In this document: piece after piece, positions 44,029-54,443 of the stretch
Position numbering within the stretch: position 1 is the first letter of the stretch
Layout: every line of letters starts with the position of its first letter
Assembly (NCBI GenBank): GCA_937625935.1
Contig: OW569370.1
Span: 124,001 to 188,000, forward strand
Direction: 5' to 3'
Length of the DNA: 64,000 bases
Source: Tetramitus jugosus
Lineage: Eukaryota; Protista; Heterolobosea
Notes under the pieces: model-generated
Databases searched by the model: none
What the model was told of the DNA's origin: nothing
What the model saw: the letters and a program-made list of their open reading frames with translations, nothing else
Translations under genes and position numbers: made by a program

Positions 44029-44490
44029 GTCTTTTTGTGTTTACAACAACAATAACCAAAAAAAAACAAGCACACATTCTGCAGCTGTGAGAGAATGAAG
44101 CAACATTTGTTTTTTTGTGTGATGAAAAAAGGACTTTTGCTGTCTTGAGCATGGAGAGATCATCATCGTCATTACCTACTTCCACCACCACCACTACTCG
44201 ATTATCAACAATGACTCACTCTCACATGTTAAGCTATGTGGTGAGTGTGAGTTTTTGAGAAGAACCAATTATTACCTTTATTCTCAATGTGGAGAGCTAA
44301 CTAACGTACTTGCCAAAAAATGAGTAAAAAAGGAATGAAATAACCATTTATTTTTTTTGAGCTTCTCTTTTCTGTTGTTGTATTGGAACCTTGTGTGGAG
44401 TTTCACATTGTCGGTGTTTTTTTTGTTGCTACGGGAACAGAGAGAAAGAGAAAAAAACACAAACAACAATAACACAACATCAAGCAAACA

Positions 44491-45096
44491 ATGTTAGTTC
44501 TCGTGATTGGTGATTTTCATATTCCACACAGGGCACACGATGTCCCCACCGCCTTCAAAAAAATGCTCGTACCAGGCAAAATACAACACATTCTCTGCAC
44601 TGGCAACCTCTGTTCAAAAGAGACATTTGATTACTTGAGAACAATTGCACCAGATATTCATTTGGCACGTGGTGAGTTTGATGACAAGAGTGTGGCGACA
44701 CTGGGTAAGGCATCACAAAGCAGCAGCAGTGGTAGCAATGCTCAATCGGAAGAATCACTGGTTGTGACATTGGGTCAGTTCAGGATCGGATTGACACATG
44801 GTCATCAGATTGTACCATGGGGCGACAAGGAATCATTGGCATGTTTGCAACGAAAACTCGATGTCGATGTGTTGATCAGTGGACACACTCATGCACACTC
44901 TGTGTATGAACATGATGGAAAATTGTTTATGAATCCGGGTAGTGCCACAGGTGCTTATTCACCATTGACTCCATCACCTGTCGCTAGCTTTGTTCTAATG
45001 GATATTCAACAGGATACAATTGTTTATTATGTGTATCAAGCGGATAGCAGTGGAGATGTCAAGGTCAAGAAAAAGGAATTTACAAAGAGAAAGTAA
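44491..45096 (+). CDS. VPS29: Retromer subunit VPS29
   Basis: [15 protein letters not shown]...[15 protein letters not shown]...[10 protein letters not shown]...NPGSATGAY. Confidence 0.97.
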   Translation: MLVLVIGDFHIPHRAHDVPTAFKKMLVPGKIQHILCTGNLCSKETFDYLRTIAPDIHLARGEFDDKSVATLGKASQSSSSGSNAQSEESLVVTLGQFRIGLTHGHQIVPWGDKESLACLQRKLDVDVLISGHTHAHSVYEHDGKLFMNPGSATGAYSPLTPSPVASFVLMDIQQDTIVYYVYQADSSGDVKVKKKEFTKRK

Positions 45097-45343
45097 GAGA
45101 AAGTTGAGAGAGATGAATAGTGTTACTACTACTATTGAACATTATCTTGTCTGTCAGACACACATTGTATTTTTGCTGCAAAACAAGACGTTGTAACGGA
45201 GGTTTTCTATCTATAATAAATCATCAGATTTTAAAGAATTGAGTTTTTACCTGAAGAGTTTCACACATTGCAGTGCAGAACTAGTTTGATTAGAGTTTGT
45301 CTGTTTTCTGAAAAGCGAGAATATATTTTGAGAGTGGAAAAGC

Positions 45344-46536
45344 TTAGACGAGAGCAACAGTTGCACCGAGTGCTTCCAATTGTGCCTTGAGCTTCTCAGC
45401 ATCTTCCTTCTTGACTTCGGATTTTATGACGGTTGGTGCACCTTCGACAGCTTCCTTGGCAGCCTTGATTGTTAGACTAGGGTCAATGACTCTCAATTCC
45501 TTAATCAACTTAATCTTTTGTGCGTCGTCATACTTTTCCAACTTGACATCGTAGTGTGACTTCTCTGGTGCCTTCTCTTCTTCAGCTGGCTTGGCATCTG
45601 CTGCAGCAGCAGCTTGTGGAGCACCACCTTGGTTCATGAACATGCCACCACCTTGTGCCATCATTTGAGCCATCATTTGTTGTTGTTGCAACATCATTGC
45701 TTCACCTGGAACAGCGTGCTTTGGAGTACCTGGGAGCAACAAGTCACCAAAAGCGTCTCTCATCATGGAGGAGAATGGGTTAGGTATGTTGGCATCGAAT
45801 CCAAGTTTTTCCTAATCATAATAATCATGCAAAAAAGACAAAAAGGGGTTAGCTTTTCATTCACACAACAAAACACATTCAATAATGACAACAACAAGCA
45901 ATGCAAGCAACAGAGAGACCAAGTGAGAGGATGCGCGTGTGTGCAATGGAGGAGAGCAATGGTGGTAATGTCAATCATGATGATATCTGAGTGGTTGTTC
46001 ACACAGCTGAGTGGCGGAAGATTTTTTGTGGGAATCAACCAAGATATCATCGAGAAGAATTGGCACACTCTCGTATTGCGTATTCATTCAGGGTCCATTT
46101 TTTGTGTGTATCTCGCAATCATTTTTTGCACGCGTACAAATGTTTTTGTTTTGCGCAAACATTTTTCCCATTTTTTTTCATCGTCATCTTCCTCTGTCAA
46201 CAACCATTACACCACTACATTTTTCGCACTCTCTCTTGTTGCTATTATTGTTGTTGTTTCGAACACACATATGATCATCACACAACATACTCTAATATAT
46301 TCGCAGAGGATCATGTTCTCCATCACGTTCAAAGAAACAAACTTGTCGCCCAATTCTTGAATCTCCTTTGGGACAGGCAATTTACCCTTCTTTGGCAAAT
46401 CAACAACTTCAACACCAGTCAGGTCGTCCTTCTTCAAAAATATGAAATTGGTGTGGAATGGTCTGCTGTGAATGCATGTTGCATTGGTGGCCTTAATGGC
46501 TTGGAAGGTTCTCTTTGAAATCAATTGTCTGAACAT
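45344..46536 (-). CDS. MRPL12: Mitochondrial ribosomal protein L7/L12; exons 46536-46291 and 45811-45344 (479-nt intron)
   Basis: Presequence-like N-terminus and FVSLNVMEN..L N-domain. C-domain KIKLIKELR...AKEAVEGAP..IK..V.KEDAEKLK..LEALGA. In-frame GTATGT...TAG intron. Confidence 0.9.
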
Positions 46537-46779
46537 TTTGTGGGATTAAGAGTTTTGGCGTGCGAATGCAAAAAATGAAATTGGGCGTCTCGATTGCTTT
46601 GATTGAGGGGAAATTTTGTGCGTGAAATTTTTTTGTAACCTTTCCCACGAAAGTTGACTGAATGTTCAATCGGGTCAATTTATCGGGGAAAATGAGCAAT
46701 ACCACGAGCAATTCACATGTGTCACCAGATAGTTCAAGAGAGTTCATGCAAGAGTCTTTGTGCTTGTAGATACAGTTCA

Positions 46780-49700
46780 CTAAACAAATTTTCTCCGTAT
46801 GACAAGTCCAACCGAACTACAATACAGCCAAGTTTCGAGGTGACACTCGATACCCGATACTACTGACAGTGATTTCAAACCAGATTCGTTTACAGGTATT
46901 GAAACACTCTTTAACTTCTTGTGACCGATAGTTCTTACGGCTAATTCAGAGAATAGCTCAGGTAGCCATAACAGCTCGCTGGTTTCATACTTCCCAGATG
47001 TGATTACATTTTCGAGATGAGAACACGCTTGTTGAGTTGTGAACAATACTCCACCATTTGTTTTTTGAGCAGGGTTGAGTTCTGGGAATAAATATTCTTT
47101 AGAAAGAAATCGTTGTAAGTACAAAAAACAACAGCAGTACACACCCATGATGTATTCGTAAAATCGAGAGTAACTTGTGATAATGGTCATTACTGGATTG
47201 AGAGGATCAACGAAACTCGATCTCCAGTTGAAAACATAGTTCGATTTGGAGCAATGATTCTTCGGACTAGACTTGGAAATGATATATGTTAACACAGGTG
47301 TGATGTCATCAGCTGATATTTGAACAGGCTCTTGACTCTTCTTATTCATGGATTTATAACTTCCAATTGAGCGAACAGTAGATTCACGAGTCCGACTCAG
47401 AATGCTAATGATGTCTTGTATACTCTTTGCAGTTGATAATTCGTTGAAAATGGCGATCTCTTCTTGGTAGGGAACCTCTTTTGGGTTTGTGGGTAAATGT
47501 TCAACTGGTATTCCAAATGCGATGGGACTGCATCTTGATAACATTTTAAGTCTTTGATTCAGTTCAAAGTCTTTATCCATGTACTAAAATGAATTGGGTG
47601 TGAAATCGGGTCTCTGGAGCTACATGAATCTCTATGACAATCGGTAGACATACTGTTGAATCATAAAGCTTTGTGATAGCAGTGTACATTGAGTTATGTA
47701 CATGGTGAGTCAAGATAATTTTGAAGTTCTGATTCGGTTGAGAACTCTCTGGAGCTTCACTTCTAAAATATTGCCAGATGATATGCTTCAGCAATGTGAT
47801 AGCTGATATTAGATCATCAACTGCACTATAAAAGATTGGGGAACACGATACATTCCGATTTAAATCTGGTGCGTAGATGCCATAAAATGAATTGGTAAAG
47901 AATTGCATAAATTTAGCAACGAAACTCTCAGTTGGATTGTTCCTTTTCAATAACTGGTGAGTACTCTAATAAAATGGTTAGTATAACTCTAATACAACTT
48001 CAGGGCCACATTACTTACTTCTACGATTGCTTCACTCTTGTCTTCTGACAATTTAACAGACTCAGTCACCCAACGCCGCTCAGTCTAGAAAAGAAATGGA
48101 GAGTCAAATTAATGAAGTAAAACACAAATAGTAAAATGTTCACTCACCTCTAAGAGTGTTTCATTCTCTGTAATGAAATGATTATACTTGTTGAGATGTC
48201 TCCTCTCATCAGATTTGACAGAGTAAGGATTAAATATGAAATCATCCATGGTTTGTCCGTCAACTTCTTTGTCCAAAATCTTTTTCATTCTATTTAGTGA
48301 AACGAGAGGGTTCTTTTGAATTGATCCTCTGCTGTAGGCAGCATTTGAAATCCTATCTCCTGACCATTCACCACTAATACAATCACCATTCGGCAGATAC
48401 AAAGTACCTGTTCCCATCTTTCTATTTTGCTCGAAAAATCCTTGGAATATTGAACCATCATTCTCAAGTAAACTTCCCTCACCTTCGTACATGTCGTTCT
48501 TCCAACTACCAGAGTATCGCACACCGTTTTTTCTTACAAAGACACCGAACCCTTGTTTGAGGTTGTTTTCGAAGTTTCCATAGTATGAATCTCCATTCAT
48601 CGAATAAAGTTCTCCAAAGCCAGTCTTTATGAAATCACAAAGGTCAACTGTTTGTTTTTTCGACTCACTTATTTGAACTGAACCCAAGTAGTTGTATTCG
48701 CTTGATTCGATCTTGAAAACACTGTCTGGTTTGGGTCTTCCCTCACACCATTCACCAGTTATTTTCCAGTATCGCCTATCATTTCGATATGTCAACGAAC
48801 CATGCCCATGCCTATGGCCTTCAGAGAACAGCTCTTCAACCTTTGAGGGGCGGGACGATTGTTCCACTGAATTAGGTTTCTCGATCTTTTGTTCGGAGAG
48901 CTCGATAACCCTAACGTTAGATCTCGATTGGAAGGAGATAACTATCATGGCTCCCTTGTCTTGCATTGATAAAACCTGTATACTTGTTGTTGTATCAGGG
49001 TCTATTATTGAAGTGTACTTTTTGTCAATACAAAGTGCTAGCTTTCGCTCTTTGCTAGAATCAAGCCAAGCAAAGGGAAGAGATTGGTTCGCCTCCAAGA
49101 GAAACAAATCATCTACTCCCACTTGTCCAATTGTGGCATCATAACTGGTTTTGTTTGTGATCGAGTAGGGAGGATTATGAACCCGTTTGAACTCGATACA
49201 TAAAGTACCTTTACACGATTTCGAACTAACATAAACAAATAGATCGGTTGATATTCGTGGAGCGTTTGGGCAATTCTTCAACTTGAAGACACAGTTTGTT
49301 AAGTCGTTCAAACCAAACGGGAACGTCCATTCGGAGAACGAAAAACGAACACACATTTTCTGGGCCACATTCTTTTCTTCAGTCCAATAGAAGGGTTCAT
49401 TAGATTGATCTGACAGCTTTAACAATTTTTTCTCTGCCTGGTGCTGTTTCAGGTACAATCTATGACCAGTGTTGTTGAAAATGACAATTCTCGGAGTAAA
49501 AGTAACGATTTTCGTTCTTCGAAGCTGGATTGTGAAGTTAGTCAAATTGGGACAGATAGAGGTCGTACAAATGGAAATCATACCTTGCCAACTCCTCTCT
49601 CTACATTCATAACAATTTCTTTGCAGTGAGATTCGTTTTTCAAGTGAATGAATTTCGATTGTGCATATCTAGCAGTTTCTCCAAGTTCTGGATTATCGAT

Positions 49701-50633
49701 TGAGAATGAATCAGAGCGTAGTCTTCCCGATGTGGATAAACTCACTTTTAGCATATAATTCTTATCAATGTTACTTTGATCGAACATAACTGTGTTGATT
49801 GTTGATTGAGTGCCATTTTTGTTCAAATTAATATCTTGTCCGGCTGCTCTGCGATTACCAGATACTACACTCACTCTCAATTTCGTATTATTAGTGATTG
49901 TATAGGAACAGTAAAGCGTTACTTCTCGATAGCAAATAGAAGTCGCGGAATAGTCCAAAGATATGGTAAGTCTTCGTCCCTTATCATCTACATTGTCAAA
50001 GCTTCTATCGTAAGAACTCGTTTGTGGATCATAGATTGATACAATACTCCCACCACTTATCCACTTTCTGTCATCTTGATCAAGAACAGCTTCCATGTGA
50101 ACTCGCTGACTCATATTAACAGTATACAGATACAATTTTTCTTCTGGACTTAACATGAACGATTGGGTTGAGTTGTCAGTGGTCTTTTTGCTATTAGGTG
50201 TTCTTGTCAAGCGAATATGACACCGACATATCAAGGCATTTTCAATTGAAAGAGGTGCCATCATATATATCACATATTCTGAGATACTACTTATGATTTC
50301 AAGTTTAGGGATATGCAAAATACAATATATGTGATTCTTTGAAGCAATACACCTGCAACGAGGTAACAAGTTTGTCGAGTTCTCTTTTTGCATCAAATTC
50401 GAGAATCTGTACTCTGATTTGTTTGGAGACCAAGAGTATTCGTCATCATTGGGTTTGATCGAAAAACTACCATCCAGTAAGTAAGAGGGAACAGCAGCTG
50501 TTTCTCCCGGTTCAAGAATTGCAAACTTTCGAATAGTGTTCACCTGAGAGGACTCCTCATCCAAGTAGGAGGAGCCCAAGAGCCATACAATGGTTGAATT
50601 GTTCACAATACGTATGCTAGTCGATAGATCCAT
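46780..50633 (-). CDS. Multi-exon gene: VPS13 adaptor-binding (VAB/SHR-BD) repeats + MORN repeats + VPS9-like GEF domain
   Basis: VAB-like motifs APLSIENAL, YCSYTITNNT, TKIVTFTPRIVIFNNT and PPYSITNKT...PFAW. MORN motifs GDSYYGNF...KQGFG and YSGSWKND.YEGEG. VPS9 motif SADDITPVLTYII. Introns 49525-49583, 48085-48147, 47966-48018 and 47584-47653 keep one frame. Confidence 0.8.
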
Positions 50634-50787
50634 TGTCTACCAATAATCGTTCTTTCTTCTTGATGAAGAATGCAAAACCTTTAGCTCTAGTTCAAGTTTC
50701 GTTTCAGAGATCCAAGCTCGTAAGCGGGGGTGTTGTCGTGAAATCTACAAAAAGTGGCGCTCTTTATTATTCACCGCCTGATGACAG

Positions 50788-50811
50788 ACAGGTATGACAT
50801 GTCATACCTGT
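50788..50811. repeat. Perfect 24-bp palindrome ACAGGTATGACATGTCATACCTGT
   Basis: Direct inspection. It lies between the MAPEG stop and the VAB-MORN-VPS9 start. Confidence 0.95.
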
Positions 50812-50830
50812 TGGGCAAATATTCAGTGAA

Positions 50831-51824
50831 TTAAGCACTCATGAATGTTGTGATGAACAAGTTGCTGATAATTGCGACACCTGCACCCCAGACAATGGAT
50901 CTCAAGTAGGAGAGGTTCAACAGATACAAGATCTGATAGACAATTCTCAAAGCAACAAATCCAATGCACTCCTTGATCAACAAAACAGCAAATGCAACAT
51001 TTTCAGTGTTGACAGTCATGAACAAACCGAATCTCAACATGAAAATAGTGACAGCAGCTGCGAATGGAGCAAAGATTTCAATGCTGTTCTGATGAGCTCC
51101 CAATGCTCTTTGTCCCCAACCAGTCACCTTTGCTTGTTGAGTTCTTGGAGCGGCATTGTTGTATCTTCCGTTGCCAGCAACGACTTGAGCAATGCTGACT
51201 GGCATCTTGGACAAAATAGTCATGAGGAAAATGACAAAAACTGCAGCAATTGGAATGTGCAGAGTGGAGACAGTAAAGTGCACAGGGGATGGTTGAGAAA
51301 TCTTTGAGAGAACAAAGGTAGGTCCATTGGCAGCAGTAAAGTACTTCTTGATGATATGTTCATTGACCAAGGCAATCAAATGATTGACTTGAACGACAAC
51401 AGAGTGTGGAATTGGAGTAATGACAAACTTGTGGGACTACAAACAAGGAGGTAAGAATCAATGAATCAATGTTAGCTCAGTGTCTCCATGGACAACAAAA
51501 ATTTTGTTCCAATTGATCCCAGCACAACAAACACAAAAAACAACAACCAAAAAACAAAAACACACTTACAACATCATCAACATTTGTGGCAGAACCAATA
51601 GCCAACAGATCCTTGTGCAAAGCACCATCCAAAGATGCCAATCCCTTGCGGAGGACAAGGTAGTGCAAACCAACGCCCAAACCCATCAGAACAAAAGTGC
51701 CAATTACGACGACGATGATACCGATAAAAGTCTTGATGATAGATGTCTTTGGTGCTGGTCTTTCGACGGAAATAATTTCTGTCTTTGGAGGGACAGCAGG
51801 TGCCTTAACGTTTTGCTTTGCCAT
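50831..51824 (-). CDS. MAPEG-family membrane protein with N-terminal TM extension; intron 51437-51569
   Basis: YNN..PR.Q...G...RA.GAHQNS.E.FAPFAAAV...R..Y...Y......RS.VW matches MAPEG. Confidence 0.85.
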
Positions 51825-52026
51825 GTTTGAATGATTGTTGTTGTTTTTTTTTAAAAAAAGAATTTTCTCCAACAAAACGTTGATCAAAAACCAGGCAGAG
51901 ATCACCACGGGAAGATTTCAGAGAGTTCAATAGGAATTTTCTTTCTGAGCGGCCAATTTACTCCGGAAAATCTGTCTACGATTGTTTGTTTTTTTCGGAG
52001 AAAACGAGAGGAACAACATCAGGACG

Positions 52027-53850
52027 ATGAATACAAAATATAGAGAGATATTTTCAACTCAGGGAGCAAATCCATTGAGTAAACTTGGTATCAAAACACC
52101 CAAATTGGTCCAAAAGGTGTTTGATGATGATGTAAAGTCGTTTGTGATTGGTGTGCAGGGTTCATCCTTCCATGTATCTCATGTTTCATTGCCATTGGAA
52201 CCAAAAGCAATGTTGAAGCTCACTGATCCGATTCTCGTCCTTCAAATGAACATTTCAAAAACTGGTCTCACTCATATCGAACTCCAAATTACCAGTTTTT
52301 CCATCGAAACAAGGTCCAAACGAGCTCTAAGGCTCATCATCTCCTCGAACATTAAGCAACTGAACAGAACAGAGCTTCACACACAAATTCCATTTTCTTT
52401 TTCAACGGAAGAGAATTACTCGACCGATACACAACAAGGAAGTGGATGGTACAATGTGATGATCAATTTGCTTCAATTGGATCCTGGTTACTTATCATTG
52501 GAGAGGATCGGAGTAGGACCTCAATGTCGGATCAGAAGAATATGGACTATGAAGTCTGATGTTTCATTCAGTGAGTTACCACCGATTTACACAAGAGGAG
52601 TTCATCTAATGATTCGCATACCAAATGAGACTTCAACTCCAGACAGGCAGAGTTGTGGTTCAAATGATACAAACGACGAGATTGTTGCCCAAGATTCAAT
52701 TGAAAAATGCAGTACTTCTTCGGGAGTTCACGTCGCCTTTGGTCGGAGAGTGTATTCTTCGAATTCTGAAGGCAATCGGTCCAAGGAGAAACGGCCTCTG
52801 ACTAGCATCCCTCGTAACACAGTCCCAAAGACCGACCTACTGGCAAGAAAGATAAAAACTTCAGCAGGATTGCGAAGTGCAAAAATTCAGAGTCAATCAA
52901 CCTTGAATCCTTCTCCATCCCCGAGAACAAATGTACCAATATTAGAAACGAAAATGTTTAATGACACTTATTCGACAGTAAATAGCAGAAGGGTCAGTAA
53001 AAGAGGTTTAAGCGAGACAAATGAACTCCCTGATACCGAAAGGAATGAAGATATTGAAGTTGAAAAGAAGAACATAGTTCGATTTCACTCTCCAGTTGGA
53101 ATATCGACGACAAAGATCAATGCAGATAACATGTTACACGAACCAGTGGTTAGATCAAAGAAACTGCCGATTAATACAGAACAAGAGACTGAAGTGAATA
53201 TTCTAGACCATACACAACCGAGTCAATATTTGTACTACTCTCGAGAAGAAGCAATGGCATCTGAAGCTCCCAGTCACTATTCGATCCTTTCTCAGGAAGA
53301 AGTTTCCTCTTCCTATCCAGACAATCACTATCTCGCACCCGAGGATGACGATGCGGTCAACATTGACCAAGAAGACGAGATGTCAGATGATGAGATGGTA
53401 CAGATTCAAAGTATGAACCTTAGTGGTGATGGAGATGAATGCATAACACAGACAGAAGAACAGCATATGGAGGAAAGGGAAGAATTTGATGACTACCCTC
53501 ACTTTTCAAACGACTCCACAAGACACATATCCAAATCTCCAATCATATCATCTTCCTTAAGGAGAAGTTCGCACCTTAATTTCACCATGGATTCAGATTC
53601 AAGTAGCTCAGAGTACGATGACGATACACAGAATGAATACAATCGGAGTCACTCTCATGTACAAAGCTTCAAGGAACAAGCAATTGAGGAAGATGAAACA
53701 GATGATGATGAGGAGGAAGATTTCCACACAGATGATGACAATGAAAGACAAGAAGAAGCAGATGACAATGAAGTTGATTTGATCTATGATCCGATGCTCA
53801 ATCTGTACTTTGACCCCAGGACAGGCAAATACTACGCAGCCAAACATTAA
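52027..53850 (+). CDS. CFAP20DC: CFAP20-domain-containing protein (C3orf67/DUF667)
   Basis: N-terminal EIFSTQG.NPL...KVFD.DVKSFV. C-terminal DLIYDPMLNLYFDPRTGKYY. Confidence 0.85.
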   Translation: MNTKYREIFSTQGANPLSKLGIKTPKLVQKVFDDDVKSFVIGVQGSSFHVSHVSLPLEPKAMLKLTDPILVLQMNISKTGLTHIELQITSFSIETRSKRALRLIISSNIKQLNRTELHTQIPFSFSTEENYSTDTQQGSGWYNVMINLLQLDPGYLSLERIGVGPQCRIRRIWTMKSDVSFSELPPIYTRGVHLMIRIPNETSTPDRQSCGSNDTNDEIVAQDSIEKCSTSSGVHVAFGRRVYSSNSEGNRSKEKRPLTSIPRNTVPKTDLLARKIKTSAGLRSAKIQSQSTLNPSPSPRTNVPILETKMFNDTYSTVNSRRVSKRGLSETNELPDTERNEDIEVEKKNIVRFHSPVGISTTKINADNMLHEPVVRSKKLPINTEQETEVNILDHTQPSQYLYYSREEAMASEAPSHYSILSQEEVSSSYPDNHYLAPEDDDAVNIDQEDEMSDDEMVQIQSMNLSGDGDECITQTEEQHMEEREEFDDYPHFSNDSTRHISKSPIISSSLRRSSHLNFTMDSDSSSSEYDDDTQNEYNRSHSHVQSFKEQAIEEDETDDDEEEDFHTDDDNERQEEADDNEVDLIYDPMLNLYFDPRTGKYYAAKH

Positions 53851-53910
53851 CAGTAAATGCACACAAAACAACTCACTCTCTTATAAAAACAACAACCTTT
53901 CCAAAATAGT

Positions 53911-54120
53911 TTACTCAATCTTCTTGAACAGCACAAGATCATACATGTCATATGGATAGAATGAAAATTCATAGACAAACATGGCAACGTTCCAAACAAG
54001 AGCAGCTCTCAATCCAATGGAAACCATGGAACCTTCCAAAGCTCTATAATGAGCAATATTAGGAGACAAAAAAGTCCATCCCTTTGTCTTTTGACCCACA
54101 TCAGGAACATTGTTGTTCAT
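53911..54120 (-). CDS. Small single-TM protein (69 aa)
   Basis: ATG in an A-rich context and one hydrophobic segment. No family recognised. Confidence 0.45.
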   Translation of the reverse strand: MNNNVPDVGQKTKGWTFLSPNIAHYRALEGSMVSIGLRAALVWNVAMFVYEFSFYPYDMYDLVLFKKIE

Positions 54121-54443
54121 TTGGCGCTTACTATGAATCATTCATTCGCATTATTATTATCATTATTATTATTATCAGCATCATCGGTAAGGGCGAATTT
54201 TTGAAAAAAATGCTTGTTGGTGAGATAATGATGATCATGATTGCAGAAAACAAAGTGAGTGGAAAAGATGGACTTACGTGTTGTTGATGGCATTTTGAGT
54301 CATGTTGCTTCTCTTGGCAGCATCACCAGCTCTTCTCAATCCTCTGAAAAACATTTTTTGTTCGTCTGTTTGTGATTTTTTGTTTCTGCTAGGGAGGAGT
54401 ATTTGGTTTTGCGGGATAATCAATTTGTGCGGAGATTGCAAGT

